DNA of 64,000 nt, from assembly GCA_963662275.1 (NCBI GenBank), contig OY759316.1, positions 2,368,001 through 2,432,000 on the forward strand, written 5' to 3'. Positions within the stretch are counted from its first letter, which is position 1, and every line of letters begins with the position of its first letter. This DNA is from Candidatus Cloacimonadales bacterium (GTDB lineage: Bacteria; Cloacimonadota; Cloacimonadia; Cloacimonadales; DAONDQ01). Shown here piece by piece: positions 49,861-61,700 of the stretch. Below the pieces are notes generated by a model. That model made no database searches and was not told where the DNA came from. It saw only the letters and a program-made list of their open reading frames with translations. The position numbers were made by a program, and so were the translations under genes.

Positions 49861-50313
49861 TTCTCACCTCTCCATGTTTCATAGTCATTTGTCTAATTAA
49901 TTATTTTATTAAATATTCGAATATAACATATAGAGCAGAGACACAATAAATAGTCAAGAAAAAATACTTTAATCTTTTCATTAGACAAATAGAGATAGTT
50001 GTATATGTTTCTGACATTCTAAACATACTCCTTACGATTAACTCGAGAATTCATGAGGAGCAGAGACGCTTTCAGAATCGTATAAATTATACCTATATTC
50101 TATCTGCCATCTGCCAATAGTCTTGTTTCTATTGCTATAGGATTAAAAAGTAATGATTACCATCCTGAAATGTAAATAATAATAATAAAACTTGATTGGA
50201 ATTGATGTCTATTCTATTTTTGGATAATTGTTGTTTACTAATACTAAATAATACTTTAGGAAGATAAAAATGACATATAATGCATCTCAATTGCACGATA
50301 AGCTGTTAAGACT

Positions 50314-53300
50314 ATGTTAAACAACCTGAGTGCTTTACTCTCTCGTAAGGATATGTTTGAACCTTTAGGAAACAATGTGCCTGTAGAAGTTCTGAAAGAA
50401 GGAGAAAACAGGTTTGTCAGCGTTCTATTTGCTGATGTAAAGGGATTCACAGCCATGTCAGAGAAACTGGAAGCAGAAATTGTGCAGCATCTTCTTGACC
50501 AATTGATGTTGAGCTTTTCTGAACGTATAGAAAGATATGGCGGGTATGTAGATAAATATGAAGGTGATAAAATCATGGCACATTTCGGCTCACTTGCATA
50601 TTTAGAACAAAACTCGCGCAGAGCCGTTTATGCAGGATTAGAACTAATCGATGTGATCAATAAATTCAATCAGATAAAAACATCAATCCCGGAATTATCA
50701 AGCCTGGATGTGGATCTGGCAATCAGGGTGGGTATCAATAGCGGTATGGTAGCTACCGGGAAAGTTGGTATCAAAAGAGAAGGTGACTTCACTATATACG
50801 GCGATGCCGTGAATCTAGCATCTCGTATGGAAGAAAATGGAGTTCCTCTAAGAGTTATGGTTCCTGCTTCTGTAAAAGAGGAGTTAGATGGATACTTTAA
50901 TTTTACGTTTCATGGGGAAATAAGTGTCAAAGGTAAGAGTAAGCCAATTTCAACCTGGTTAGTTGATAGCATCAACCATGACCATATAGCCCGAAAACTA
51001 TCACAAAGTGCTATGATAGCCCGTGAAGTTGAGCTTGAGCAATTGAGAAGTATTTATCATCGCAATCAAGATGTTATTCAGACCAATTCGGATCATCAGC
51101 CCATAGATGTAATAGGTATATCTGCTGGTGCTGGAATGGGCAAAACAAGACTGATCAGGGAGTTTTGTCGCAACTTGCCTCAGAATCATATTTTAATCTC
51201 TGAAGTATCACCTGTATGCCAATCTCCTTATGCCTCCTTCTCTATTTTGCTGCATAGTATATTTGGTTTAGAATCAGATATACATGCTGATGAAGCCAAA
51301 TGCCTGATTACCCAAACAATGAATTCACTGATGGATTTAATTCCATTTGATCTAGTAGATGAGTACACTGACACAATACCTTACCTTACCTATCTTGCCG
51401 GATTTTATACTTCAGATTCTTTTTCTTCTGAAAACAGGGAAGAACTAGTATCCCATTTGAATATGAGTTTACTCCTGCTCTTCAAGGCGTTAGCCCTGCG
51501 AAGTGCTGAAGCCGGACAGGCATTAGTACTGATTTTTGATGATCTGCATTATTGTGATGAAGCATCTCTTGCTGCCATTGCATACCTGATGAAAAATATC
51601 CAGCGCTGGCAGATTGAAGAAGAAGATTCATCGGCAAGGATTATGTTCATCCTGGCTTGGCGTGATAACTATAAACTAGGGAACATGATCCCACCACAAG
51701 TCAGTTTGAATACCATAATGTTGAAGGAACTCAACCAAGACCAGATTAAGCAATTTATTGTGCAGGCATTTCCCGAGCACAGTGTTCCGGAACACATTCA
51801 AGATTCTATTATCCAAAACTCTATTGGGAATCCGCTATTCCTGGAGGAATGGATAGGGATGCTGCGTTCCCAGGTTGCATCCGGCGAGGAACTGGATTTC
51901 AATAACATGAATGTTCCAAACAATATCAAATCGCTCCTTCTCTCTCGTTTGAGCTGCTTCGATAAAAACAGCATACGCCTGGTGCAGGATGCTTCCATCA
52001 TTGGTATGGTTTTCCAAAAGTCAATTCTCAACCAGCTCGAAGTCATTTTAAATGCTTCTTCTGATCCGGGAGCAACACTTCAGCGTCTCCTCGACATCGA
52101 TTATATCGAATATGCTCAACAGGATAATGATGTGACCGAATATGCCTTTCGGCATCAAATGCTGCATCAGGCAGTGTATGATTCAATACTGACCACCAAT
52201 AAGCGGATTCTGCACAGAATGATCGCAGAAATCATCGAAAATACCTATACTGATGTCATTTCGCAATGGTATTTTTTACTTGCAGATCACTATATGATAG
52301 CAAAAAATAGGGAAAAGAGTATCCATTATCTGAATAAAAGTGAAAAACTTGCCTGCTCCCTTTTCATGAATAAAAAAGCGTTATACTTTTGTGATAAATT
52401 ACTTTCTCTCAGCGATCAGGAACATCATCAGGATATTCTTCTGAGGAAGGCTGCGCTATATCTAGATATGGGTAACTACCTGAAAGCTAATGATATAATC
52501 GATAATCTGGACTTGGAAATCATTTCCAACCTTCAAAATAGGGATGCATTCATTTTAGCAAAAACAAGGATTCTAATGGCTAGAGATGACTTGAATATTG
52601 CTCGTGAATATCTCGAAGAAAACATTCCTTTACTTACTTCCAAAACAGCCACAGATAAAGCAAAGATGTATCTCATCGATTTACATCGTCAGTTGGCTGA
52701 TGAACCTGATTTCATAACCACGTCTAATGACCTACTAGTTGAATTTAAAGACCTTCCTGAGATGATGGCAAGTATTGAAAATATCATTGGTCTCTATTAC
52801 CAGAATCATAGCAATTATCATCAGGCAATCGAGTATTATGACCGTGCCATTCAACATGCAGAATCGCATAAAATCATTCTTCGCCGTACATTTCACAATA
52901 AAGCGAATGCTCTTAATGCTCTGGGAAAGAAAACAGAAGCCATCGCTAATTTCCATTTGGATATGAATATTGCCCGATTTCTCGACGATGATAGCGGTTG
53001 CGCCCAGGTTACCCTCGATTTAGGAATGTTGTTCTTGGATATGGATGATTTAGATCAAGTTCTGAAAATGCTGAACGAGAGTAATGCCTTAGCCCACTTG
53101 ACAGGGAATACAAAACTCCAAGGCCAGATAAATTACAATTTCGCTGTCTATCATTATAAAAATGAAGATCTGGTTCAAGCTCGGTATTATCTCAAAAAAT
53201 GCCTCTCAATATGCAAAAAACTATCTGACATATCCAGTATATCGCGTGCTCATGATCTGCTGGGAGATATTCTCTATAAGGAGGGAAATCTTGCCATAGC

Positions 53301-53649
53301 TAAGAGGGTTTATGAAAGAAACCTTGTCATCCAGCAAAGACTTGGTGACCAGGAAGGTATTGCTCATACGTATGGGAATCTTGGTAATATAGCTGCCGAG
53401 GAGGAAGATTGGACAACCGCTGTGTCCTTTTATGAAAAACAGCAGCAGATCTGCCATGAATGCGGAGATATTGAAGGTGAAGCCAAAGTCTGGTATAATT
53501 GGGGTATCCTGGACGCAGAATGCAATATGACGGAAGATGCCATTCAAAAGGTCAGCAATGCTCTCAACCTCTTCGAAAAAGGGGGATTTGATTTTTATAT
53601 AGATATAGTTCGAGATTATTTGGATGAATTGACGAAGAGTTTGGAATAA
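50314..53649 (+). CDS. Class III adenylate cyclase fused to STAND-type ATPase and TPR repeats
   Basis: FADVKGFT, DKYEGD, GDAVNLASRME; Walker A AGMGKTR; Walker B IFDDLH; GNPLFLEE; C-terminal TPRs. Confidence 0.9.
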   Translation: MLNNLSALLSRKDMFEPLGNNVPVEVLKEGENRFVSVLFADVKGFTAMSEKLEAEIVQHLLDQLMLSFSERIERYGGYVDKYEGDKIMAHFGSLAYLEQNSRRAVYAGLELIDVINKFNQIKTSIPELSSLDVDLAIRVGINSGMVATGKVGIKREGDFTIYGDAVNLASRMEENGVPLRVMVPASVKEELDGYFNFTFHGEISVKGKSKPISTWLVDSINHDHIARKLSQSAMIAREVELEQLRSIYHRNQDVIQTNSDHQPIDVIGISAGAGMGKTRLIREFCRNLPQNHILISEVSPVCQSPYASFSILLHSIFGLESDIHADEAKCLITQTMNSLMDLIPFDLVDEYTDTIPYLTYLAGFYTSDSFSSENREELVSHLNMSLLLLFKALALRSAEAGQALVLIFDDLHYCDEASLAAIAYLMKNIQRWQIEEEDSSARIMFILAWRDNYKLGNMIPPQVSLNTIMLKELNQDQIKQFIVQAFPEHSVPEHIQDSIIQNSIGNPLFLEEWIGMLRSQVASGEELDFNNMNVPNNIKSLLLSRLSCFDKNSIRLVQDASIIGMVFQKSILNQLEVILNASSDPGATLQRLLDIDYIEYAQQDNDVTEYAFRHQMLHQAVYDSILTTNKRILHRMIAEIIENTYTDVISQWYFLLADHYMIAKNREKSIHYLNKSEKLACSLFMNKKALYFCDKLLSLSDQEHHQDILLRKAALYLDMGNYLKANDIIDNLDLEIISNLQNRDAFILAKTRILMARDDLNIAREYLEENIPLLTSKTATDKAKMYLIDLHRQLADEPDFITTSNDLLVEFKDLPEMMASIENIIGLYYQNHSNYHQAIEYYDRAIQHAESHKIILRRTFHNKANALNALGKKTEAIANFHLDMNIARFLDDDSGCAQVTLDLGMLFLDMDDLDQVLKMLNESNALAHLTGNTKLQGQINYNFAVYHYKNEDLVQARYYLKKCLSICKKLSDISSISRAHDLLGDILYKEGNLAIAKRVYERNLVIQQRLGDQEGIAHTYGNLGNIAAEEEDWTTAVSFYEKQQQICHECGDIEGEAKVWYNWGILDAECNMTEDAIQKVSNALNLFEKGGFDFYIDIVRDYLDELTKSLE

Positions 53650-53664
53650 AGATGAAAGCTAAGA

Positions 53665-53734
53665 GTTTGGAGTTCAAATGCCCTAAACAAATTATCATTG
53701 AATACCTGATTAAAAGGGCATTCGGACTTCAAAC
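53665..53734. repeat. 20-bp imperfect inverted repeat
   Basis: gtttggagttcaaatgccct and agggcattcggacttcaaac, 3 mismatches, 30-bp spacer. Confidence 0.6.
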
Positions 53735-54231
53735 CCGACCTTTCATCATCGGTAGCGAAAACCTGTTTTCAGGGAAGTTCAAAACCGAGTAGTAAGCCCT
53801 TTCCTAGTAATTAACACAAAACAATATTTGGATAAACAGAGCAGATGGGTTTACTACCGCAAACCCCTACGTAGTCCTCGTGGCATGTTGATCTCGACGA
53901 ATGATATTTAACATATTTAACATAATAAGCATTTCCCATCATAGGCATGATTGGATATGCTGTTGAACAAGCTCAAGTAGCAGGGTGATTTTGAATATGT
54001 ATTTGGAAATTGCTTTTTGAAGATTTCTTGGGTTGAATTGGATTTTTACAATTTTAGCAGAGTCTTTTACCAATGGAAGAGATGATTTTCTTTTCAGAAG
54101 TTATCAAATCACTTTGAGATCAGACTTTTTGTGTATGGGCTGATATTGTTTTCAAGTATTTTAGCAAATTGCCTGTAATATTTCGGTTGTTTCTATAATT
54201 TAGGCAAGACAATCCCGTCGGTAAAATTAAC

Positions 54232-55374
54232 TTACAGTTTACCGCCATCAAAGCAATTTGCCAAAAACAACAGCGACCAAGGCGGTGATCTTGGTTTTCC
54301 GGTAATTGAAGCATGCTGTGTCATCTTTGATTTGCAATTAGGGCAGAGGTCTTTTTCAAATTTGGGAATTACAAAAGTTTTAGCTGTCTGATTCTTGTCA
54401 TTAGAATCGGACTTTGCTGGGAAAAAGCTGTTGACCATCTCCCAGACAGATTTTGCCGCCGGACTGAGAAATCCGTAGTATCTGATTTTCTGAAATCCCT
54501 GCGGCAGAACATGCATCAGGAACTTATTGATAAACTCCACGGAGTCGACGCTTTTAAAGGCGAATTTAGCTGAACCTGCCGGCTTGTATTTAAAGGTTAC
54601 CAGCCCGTCCTTTTCCCAAAGGATGCGATTGTTGGTGATGGCGGTCCGATACACATAATTGGCCAAATAAGTCAGAGCCTCCCGACCTTTTCCGACGGGT
54701 CGGGAGTCTGTGACAAACTCTTTTTGCTGCCAGACTAGCGGGGATATCCGACCAAACAGATGCTGATTTTCCAGTCGAAGCAAATCACGGAATTTTGCCC
54801 GGTAAATCACCGAAAGAGCTTTGACCGGAATCAGGAACTTATTGCCTGCTTTTTGCCATTCCTTTCGTTCTTTATTCCAAGCTCCGCCGGGGACTATATA
54901 ATGAATATGAGGATGATATTCAAGCTGCCTTGTCCAGGTATGAAGTACCCCGGTAAAGCCTGAAACGCCACCGGCATATTTGGGATCTGAAAGCAATGTC
55001 TTTAAGGCTTCAGATGATGCTTTGAACTGAAGATCATAAAGCAGTTTCTGATTTGACAGGCATGTTTTGTGCAGTTCCCGGGGTATGGTGAAAGTTACCA
55101 TGAAGTACTTAACCGGCAGCAGTTTGGCAAGCTGCTTTTCCAGCCATTTCGCTGAATCATTACGGCCACACTTCGGGCAGTGACGGTTTTTGCAGGAATG
55201 ATAGGAATAATGCAGTTCCGCACATTCCTGGCATAAATAGACTTCTCCGCCCAGTTCAGGTGTCCGGCAAAGGAGAATATCTCTGATCGCTCTTAAATGG
55301 CTTTCCGGTGACTGGTTTCCATATTTTTCCAGATACTCGGACAGGTTGTTTTTGAGAATCCTGCTAAAATCCAT
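54232..55374 (-). CDS. IS91-family transposase (Zn-binding domain + Y2 HUH)
   Basis: CRT..LGG..YxCxxC, HSCKNRHCPKC, VLHTW, HPHIH, YLANY, HVLPQGFQKIRYYG. Confidence 0.93.
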   Translation of the reverse strand: MDFSRILKNNLSEYLEKYGNQSPESHLRAIRDILLCRTPELGGEVYLCQECAELHYSYHSCKNRHCPKCGRNDSAKWLEKQLAKLLPVKYFMVTFTIPRELHKTCLSNQKLLYDLQFKASSEALKTLLSDPKYAGGVSGFTGVLHTWTRQLEYHPHIHYIVPGGAWNKERKEWQKAGNKFLIPVKALSVIYRAKFRDLLRLENQHLFGRISPLVWQQKEFVTDSRPVGKGREALTYLANYVYRTAITNNRILWEKDGLVTFKYKPAGSAKFAFKSVDSVEFINKFLMHVLPQGFQKIRYYGFLSPAAKSVWEMVNSFFPAKSDSNDKNQTAKTFVIPKFEKDLCPNCKSKMTQHASITGKPRSPPWSLLFLANCFDGGKL

Positions 55375-56247
55375 TTACATCTTATTCATCAGTTCATTGA
55401 TGATTTTACATGACTGCTCTCGGGAAACGTTAGTCAAATGCACGTATACCATGGTCGCTCTAAGACTTTCGTGCCCGAGCAAGTCTTTGATGATGATGAT
55501 ACTGACACCTGCTTCCAATAAATGTGTGGCATAAGAATGTCTGAGTGTATGACAGGTTACATGCTTAGGGATGCGTGTCTCCTTTAAGGCTGACTTCAGA
55601 GCTGACCGAAGAGTTTGGACAGAAATCTGGTTCGAGGTTGTCATTCTGTTAATATCAGCCTGTCTGGTGCTTCTGCTCGGGAATAAAAGCTGTCTGTTCT
55701 GATGGGTTTTCCAATATTCCCGGAGTTCCTGATACAATTTTTCAGGCAGAGGTATTGACCTGTCTTTGTTGCCTTTGGATTGCCTTACCGTGATGGTCAT
55801 CAATTCCCGGTTGATATCGGCTATTTTAATCTTGACTGCTTCCGAAATCCTTAATCCGCATTGATAGGTAAGAGTCAGTAAGAGTCGATAATCATAAGTA
55901 TGAATGCGGGAGATAAGCATTCTAACTTCGTCTGTGGTCAGAATCACAGGAAGTTTGTGCTCAATCTTTGCCTTAAAAAAGGTAAAATCCTCTTGCCTGA
56001 AACCAACAACATGGATGAAAAAAAATCTGATGCCATAATAGGCTGATTTTAAACTCTGAGGACTATAATTCTTGACGTTATGCAGGTAGACAAAATATGT
56101 TCTTACCTGTTCAATAGATAGTGTGCCGGGGTCTTGACCATAATATGATGCTAAAGAAGTGACTTGTCTGATGTAATTGTATTTTGTCTCTCGGGACACG
56201 CCTCGAAGATCAAGGCACTCTAAAAAGCGAACTTCGTATGATTCCAT
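55375..56247 (-). CDS. Tyrosine recombinase/integrase
   Basis: GGAGG RBS; SAM-like N-domain; GLRISE, SKGNKDR, HTLRHSYATH, LLGH and catalytic Tyr in TMVY. Confidence 0.93.
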   Translation of the reverse strand: MESYEVRFLECLDLRGVSRETKYNYIRQVTSLASYYGQDPGTLSIEQVRTYFVYLHNVKNYSPQSLKSAYYGIRFFFIHVVGFRQEDFTFFKAKIEHKLPVILTTDEVRMLISRIHTYDYRLLLTLTYQCGLRISEAVKIKIADINRELMTITVRQSKGNKDRSIPLPEKLYQELREYWKTHQNRQLLFPSRSTRQADINRMTTSNQISVQTLRSALKSALKETRIPKHVTCHTLRHSYATHLLEAGVSIIIIKDLLGHESLRATMVYVHLTNVSREQSCKIINELMNKM

Positions 56248-56627
56248 ACTTACCTCCAGTTAATTTTGGGGGTAAGTATGCTTTTAGTGAGGGTTCAGTA
56301 TATCAATAGTTTAAATGCATGAAACACGAGTTTACTGCGAACGGTACTGCTGCTTGCAGCTTCGTTCAACAATGTGAAAATAATGAATTAAATTCATATT
56401 TAAATATTAATAATATACCTTGACTCAATAATAAAATCTACAATTATGCAGTTTGCTTGGTAGCTTATTGTTGCACTATCAATGATAGTAAACTAGGTTA
56501 CTTTAAACAAAAAAGGGCTTTCTTTCCTTAACCTGTTCGGTATCTCTGCCTGGAAATAGTTAAAACTGGAATTATCATAGAAATCCTAATTCAATACATC
56601 AGTGATTTGATCATAAAGAGGTTGATG

Positions 56628-58718
56628 ATGAAAATGATGCTTCTCATTCCCTTGTTTTTTCTGATAACGATATCTGTCTTTGCAGTTAGAACTGACCCCT
56701 TGAAATTTCATATCAGCAATCTTTCATTAACTGATATGGTTAATGGACCATGGATGTATGATCTTGATGATCCTGGAACGGGTTTGACAACACACGATGG
56801 AAATTGCTATTCACTAAAACCAGGTGCAAGTAACACTCATTTGAATGCATTTAAAAATTTGGAATGGTCTACATCAGGTACTCTGACAACTTCCACATTA
56901 TTGGAACATAGTATGCCGTCACTGATCAGTGGTGGAGATGTTGTCACGGTGACGATGAATCCATACGTACTTACTGGTTTTAACAAGGATAACACTGTTG
57001 ATCCATCACTGGCATGGAACATATATGGACAGGCTGGTGATCGTCGTGATTATTCGGGAGGAATTTGTCATTTTTATACGAATGGTGTTGAAAAAATGAG
57101 GATAGTTAATTGCACTATTGTTGCAAATAGTCCATATCAAAATGCCTCGCAGATACGTGCGCTTTTAGTAACAATGGGACCTCCCTATTCATTAGTAGCT
57201 GCTAACTGGCAGAAAGATGTCGGTTCCGGTGGGAATCACGATTTACGCGGGTGGGGTTATCTTGATTCCCCTAATACTGATCCTGCTTGGGCAGCAGTAT
57301 ATGCCAATCCATATGGAAATCAAGTTTTTTTTGATATCACTAATGTTACATATACATACGGACCACCTAACGGTCAGTACTCTTTTGATTTAGCAGTTGA
57401 TCCAGCAACTCATGAAGAAAATGTATCGATAGAGCAGGTCCCAATTGGCAATGATATTGATGTATCAACTCCTTCTTCAGAATTAGATACACATTTTATT
57501 ACAGCTATTAGTGGTGGTGCGACAAGCAACCTTAGAGGGTATACCGTTACTGAAGTTTTAACCGCTCCGGGGGGTATTTATCCTGCTGAAATATTAACTT
57601 ATGCTTCAAAATACTGGCAACTGAGTACAACCCTTGCCTCTTTCAATGCTGATATCACATTCAATATTGCTGGTTTGAATTTAGGTAACCAAAACTCGTT
57701 AAGAATTTTATCTCGTCCTTTTTACAGTAATTTTTGGACGGTCTATCCTTTGGGTAGCATTTCAATTATCGATGCTACTCATATCAAAGCACTCGGTGTC
57801 ACCAGCTTCGTTGAATGGACAATCGCTTCAATTGATTACCCTCCTCCTCTTTCGTCCCCCATTGTAACCGCCAGTTTCACTAATAATAGCATACAACTTA
57901 ATTGGGACGCTGTCTCAGGAGCTACTTCCTATAGGGTAGAAAGTTCAAATTATCCAGATGGAAATTACATTGCAATCGGACAACCCACTATTAATTCATT
58001 TCATCCTACAAATTATACACTTCCCACTGGAGATAATACGACGTATGTATATTATCGGGTAACGACTTCATCACGAAGTAGGGTAGAATCGGCACCATCT
58101 GAAACAGTATCCATCGCTATTACACGATTAGGAGTTGTTGGTTTGAACCTGGTCGGTGTTCCTTTTACTGCTTCATCGGCTTATGCATCATCTATAGCTT
58201 CAAATGGAAACGTTGATATGATAGCTAGCTGGGATGCATCTATGCAAAATTGGAATGTATCCACAAATTTGGAAGGATTTTTCGATAATGACTTTGAGCT
58301 TACTCCCGGTATGGTATGCTTTGTAAACAATACAGTTGCTGGTTCTTACTGTGCATTTTTTGACATTGGTAGTAATCCTACCTATTCTATCGATATTGTT
58401 CAAGGCTATAACTTCATCCGAATCCCATATTATACTCCTTATTCGGGATTTCTACTGAATTACTTTCCTGATAATCCTTATTGGGAGACAGATCCTGACC
58501 CTGATACTGATTCCCCTTATGAATTATATCTGATGATGAATTCTGCAATAGAATCTATCTCTCAGTGGGATGCAAATGAACAGTACTGGCAGCAATATCT
58601 CCCCAATAGCTTCAGCAATGATTGGGGTACCATACTTCCAAATCATTGCTACTCTATTTATTCTCCCGTGGCGATACCCAACTGGTTTACTCCCAGCCGT
58701 AATGGAGGTGTGAAATGA
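56628..58718 (+). CDS. Secreted multidomain protein with an Fn3-like domain
   Basis: Signal peptide; LNWDAVSGATSYRV...YYRV; duplicated G(L/Y)N...W(D)A..Q.W C-terminal module; ATGA overlap with the next gene. Confidence 0.8.
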   Translation: MKMMLLIPLFFLITISVFAVRTDPLKFHISNLSLTDMVNGPWMYDLDDPGTGLTTHDGNCYSLKPGASNTHLNAFKNLEWSTSGTLTTSTLLEHSMPSLISGGDVVTVTMNPYVLTGFNKDNTVDPSLAWNIYGQAGDRRDYSGGICHFYTNGVEKMRIVNCTIVANSPYQNASQIRALLVTMGPPYSLVAANWQKDVGSGGNHDLRGWGYLDSPNTDPAWAAVYANPYGNQVFFDITNVTYTYGPPNGQYSFDLAVDPATHEENVSIEQVPIGNDIDVSTPSSELDTHFITAISGGATSNLRGYTVTEVLTAPGGIYPAEILTYASKYWQLSTTLASFNADITFNIAGLNLGNQNSLRILSRPFYSNFWTVYPLGSISIIDATHIKALGVTSFVEWTIASIDYPPPLSSPIVTASFTNNSIQLNWDAVSGATSYRVESSNYPDGNYIAIGQPTINSFHPTNYTLPTGDNTTYVYYRVTTSSRSRVESAPSETVSIAITRLGVVGLNLVGVPFTASSAYASSIASNGNVDMIASWDASMQNWNVSTNLEGFFDNDFELTPGMVCFVNNTVAGSYCAFFDIGSNPTYSIDIVQGYNFIRIPYYTPYSGFLLNYFPDNPYWETDPDPDTDSPYELYLMMNSAIESISQWDANEQYWQQYLPNSFSNDWGTILPNHCYSIYSPVAIPNWFTPSRNGGVK

Positions 58719-61700
58719 GAAGGATATTAGCATTATTCATATTCATTTTCACATTATCGTTTTTATATGCAGCAGGTCTTCCCCATTTAGTGACAGGAAC
58801 TGTTGTTAATTCCGGTACACTTACTCATCCCAGTTCTATTCAAGTAAAAATAAACTACCAGGGAAGTGACTATTATTGGCAATGGACGGCACAAGCAAAT
58901 ACCCTGAAAGGTTCATTATACAATTCGGGGACTGGAGAGTTTTGCATCCAAGTCAGCGATGTAAATAGCTATAACACAGGGAATGTAGCACAGCTTACAA
59001 TCAAGGGTAATGATGGCTCACAAGCTACAGCCAGTCTGACCAAATCATCGACTTCCAGAACATCTATTGGTACGATAGAAATTGGCACTAACACCAACCC
59101 AAATCTAGCCACAACCCCTATTCCTGCCAACGAAGCAACCAATGTATCTATATCCACAAGCCAAATATCATGGACATACGCACATGATGCTCTTTATACT
59201 GATCCGACAGGTTTTAAGGTATATTTTGATACAATCAGTCCACCTATAAATCAACTGACAAGTGTTACTGGAACAACGGGTACTTTTAGTTCACCGATTC
59301 CCCCTCTTCTGAACGGTACAACTTATTATTGGAAAGTAGTACCCTTTAATGGAGGTGGTGATGCCATAAACTGTCCCGTATGGAGTTTTACAACCATTCA
59401 AAGTACAGTTGCAAATATTGTCTTCAATCCACAAAGCGGAACATACCAGGCTGCCCAGTCTGTAATACTAACAACAACCACTTTAGGGGCAGAGATACGA
59501 TATACTCTTGACGGAAGCGAACCAAATGAAGCGTCAACTTTGTATAGTACACCAATCAACATTCCTTTGAATACTACAGTAATGATCAAAGCGAAGGCTT
59601 ATAAAACAAATTGGATTCCCAGTCTGACTTATTCAGCCTCCTATGTGGTTACAGGGCAAGTATCTTTAACCATGCCGGTATTCATTCCACCTTCCGGTAC
59701 TTACTCAATGCCTCAGCTTGTAACATTGAATACGATTACAAATCCAGCAGGTGCTGAACTCAGATATACAGCCGATGGTACAAATCCCATAACCTCGTCT
59801 CAACTATATTCATCTGCCATTCAGATTCCGGTAGGAACAACAGCATTAAAAGTGAAAGCCTTTCTAACAAATTGGCTGCCGAGCGATACAGAAACAGCAT
59901 TCTATACCGTAACGGGCATAGACGTAAACCCTTACCTGGCAACTCTACCTATTCCTGAAAATGGCGCAAGCAATGTGCCACTATCGACAAACCAGATATC
60001 CTGGTCATATGCGCATAATACATCTTACTCAGACCCAACAGGCTTTAAAGTCTATTTTGGTATGGATGCACTTCCAGGAACATATACGTATGTTGCTGGA
60101 AGTGTGGGTACTTTTTCTTTACCAGTAACGCTGGTTTCAGGAGGTCATTATTATTGGAAAGTCGTCCCGACAACAAGTGGTAGAAAACACTCATCTAAAC
60201 AAGAAGTTGAAACTCGAGGTGATGCTGTAGGAGCTGTTGTATGGGATTTTACAGCACATATTTTGAACCAGCCACCCACAATAGTTCTGCCAAACTCGTT
60301 TACGATCAACCAGAATGAAGTCACAACTATAGACTTTTCATCCTTCTTATCTGACCCCGATAGTGATCCTCTTACCTTAAGTGTGATTGGAAATAATCAT
60401 ATAAACGTAACCATTGATAACTTGATTGTCTCTTTCACACCTCAGACCAATTGGGTTGGGAATGAAAACTTAACATTCACGGTCAATGATGGTGTGATGC
60501 AAAACTTAAGGAATACTGCTTCAGATGTGATTACGATACAAGTCAGGAATCCACTGATTGTAGATTTTATGACCAACAGTACGTTAAATAACAATGTCGT
60601 TGCGAATGATCAGCAAACCATTTTAACCTTCAACACAAGCACTAATCTGCCATTAACTTCGTACCAATGGGATTTTAACAATGATGGCAATATTGATTCC
60701 ACATTACCTACTCCCACTTGGCTCTATACTTCTCCCGGAACAATGTCTGTTGCTTTAACAGCCAGCGATGGTATTCATGTTTCTACGATAATCAAATCAG
60801 ATTACATCAATGTCTTACCAGGTGTGCTAGTTCCACCCACGATAGAAAATAACAACGTGGTCTGGACTGAGGAAGGCGGTCCTTATAACGTCACTGGTGA
60901 AATGCTGTTCAATTCAGGGGCTAATCTTACCATTATGCCCAATACGCAGGTGAATATGCTGGTTGATAGCCTGATTGTCATCAACGGCAATATCAATGCA
61001 TCCAATGCCAACTTCACAGCCTATGGTGAAAACGGCTGGGGCGGATTGGTGTTGAATCCCTCCTCCACCAATAGTACGATCAGCGGACTGACTCTACTCG
61101 GTGCAGCAACGGGAATCACGATCAATGGCTGTAATCCAATCTTGAGTAATTTGAATCTAACCGGTGCTAGTTCTTTACGTACACCAACCACAGCAATTGT
61201 AATCAGTGGAGACGCTAATCCGGTCATTTCCAATATTCAAATAAATAATTTTGCTAGTGGCATTAAGGCAACGAATTCATCTGCAACGAACGTTGCTTTG
61301 AACATGAACAATATAAGCATACAACAGAATAACCTGGCACCTTCAGTAACGGATATCGGGATTGAACTGACAGGTAACTACTCAACTGAGATCGATTACA
61401 TTGATATTATAGGGTATCATGATGGTATCACCATTACAGGTGTAGATGCAGCAGCACGGCAGGCAAGACTGACAAATGTACGCGTCATTCGTACGGAAGC
61501 CAGTTCCCGTGATCTTGGAAAGGCGATCTTCATCAACAATATGAACAACATCTTTATAGAAAACGATTCTCTTTCAGGATTCAGCACGGGAATTGAAATC
61601 GCCAATAACACAACAACCCAGGCAATTGTAAATATTTCAAATACAGCAATCAATAAATCTCCAGCACAGACTCTCACTGATATTGCCGTTAAAATTACCG

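Larger units (their letters stand above)
53961..56371 (-). mobile_element. IS91-like element carrying a tyrosine recombinase and an HUH Y2 transposase
   Basis: Two abutting genes bounded by imperfect inverted ends TGTTGAAC-AAGCT-CAAGTAGCAG (53961-53983) and, on the minus strand, TGTTGAACGAAGCTGCAAGCAGCAG (56371-56347). Confidence 0.75.

Noticed and set aside
50009..50077. Degenerate palindrome centred on CTCGAG
   Set aside because: Too many mismatches to distinguish from chance by eye.
55375..56247. Integron integrase with a cassette array
   Set aside because: No IntI-specific insertion was recognised, no attC array is nearby, and the gene abuts an IS91-like transposase.
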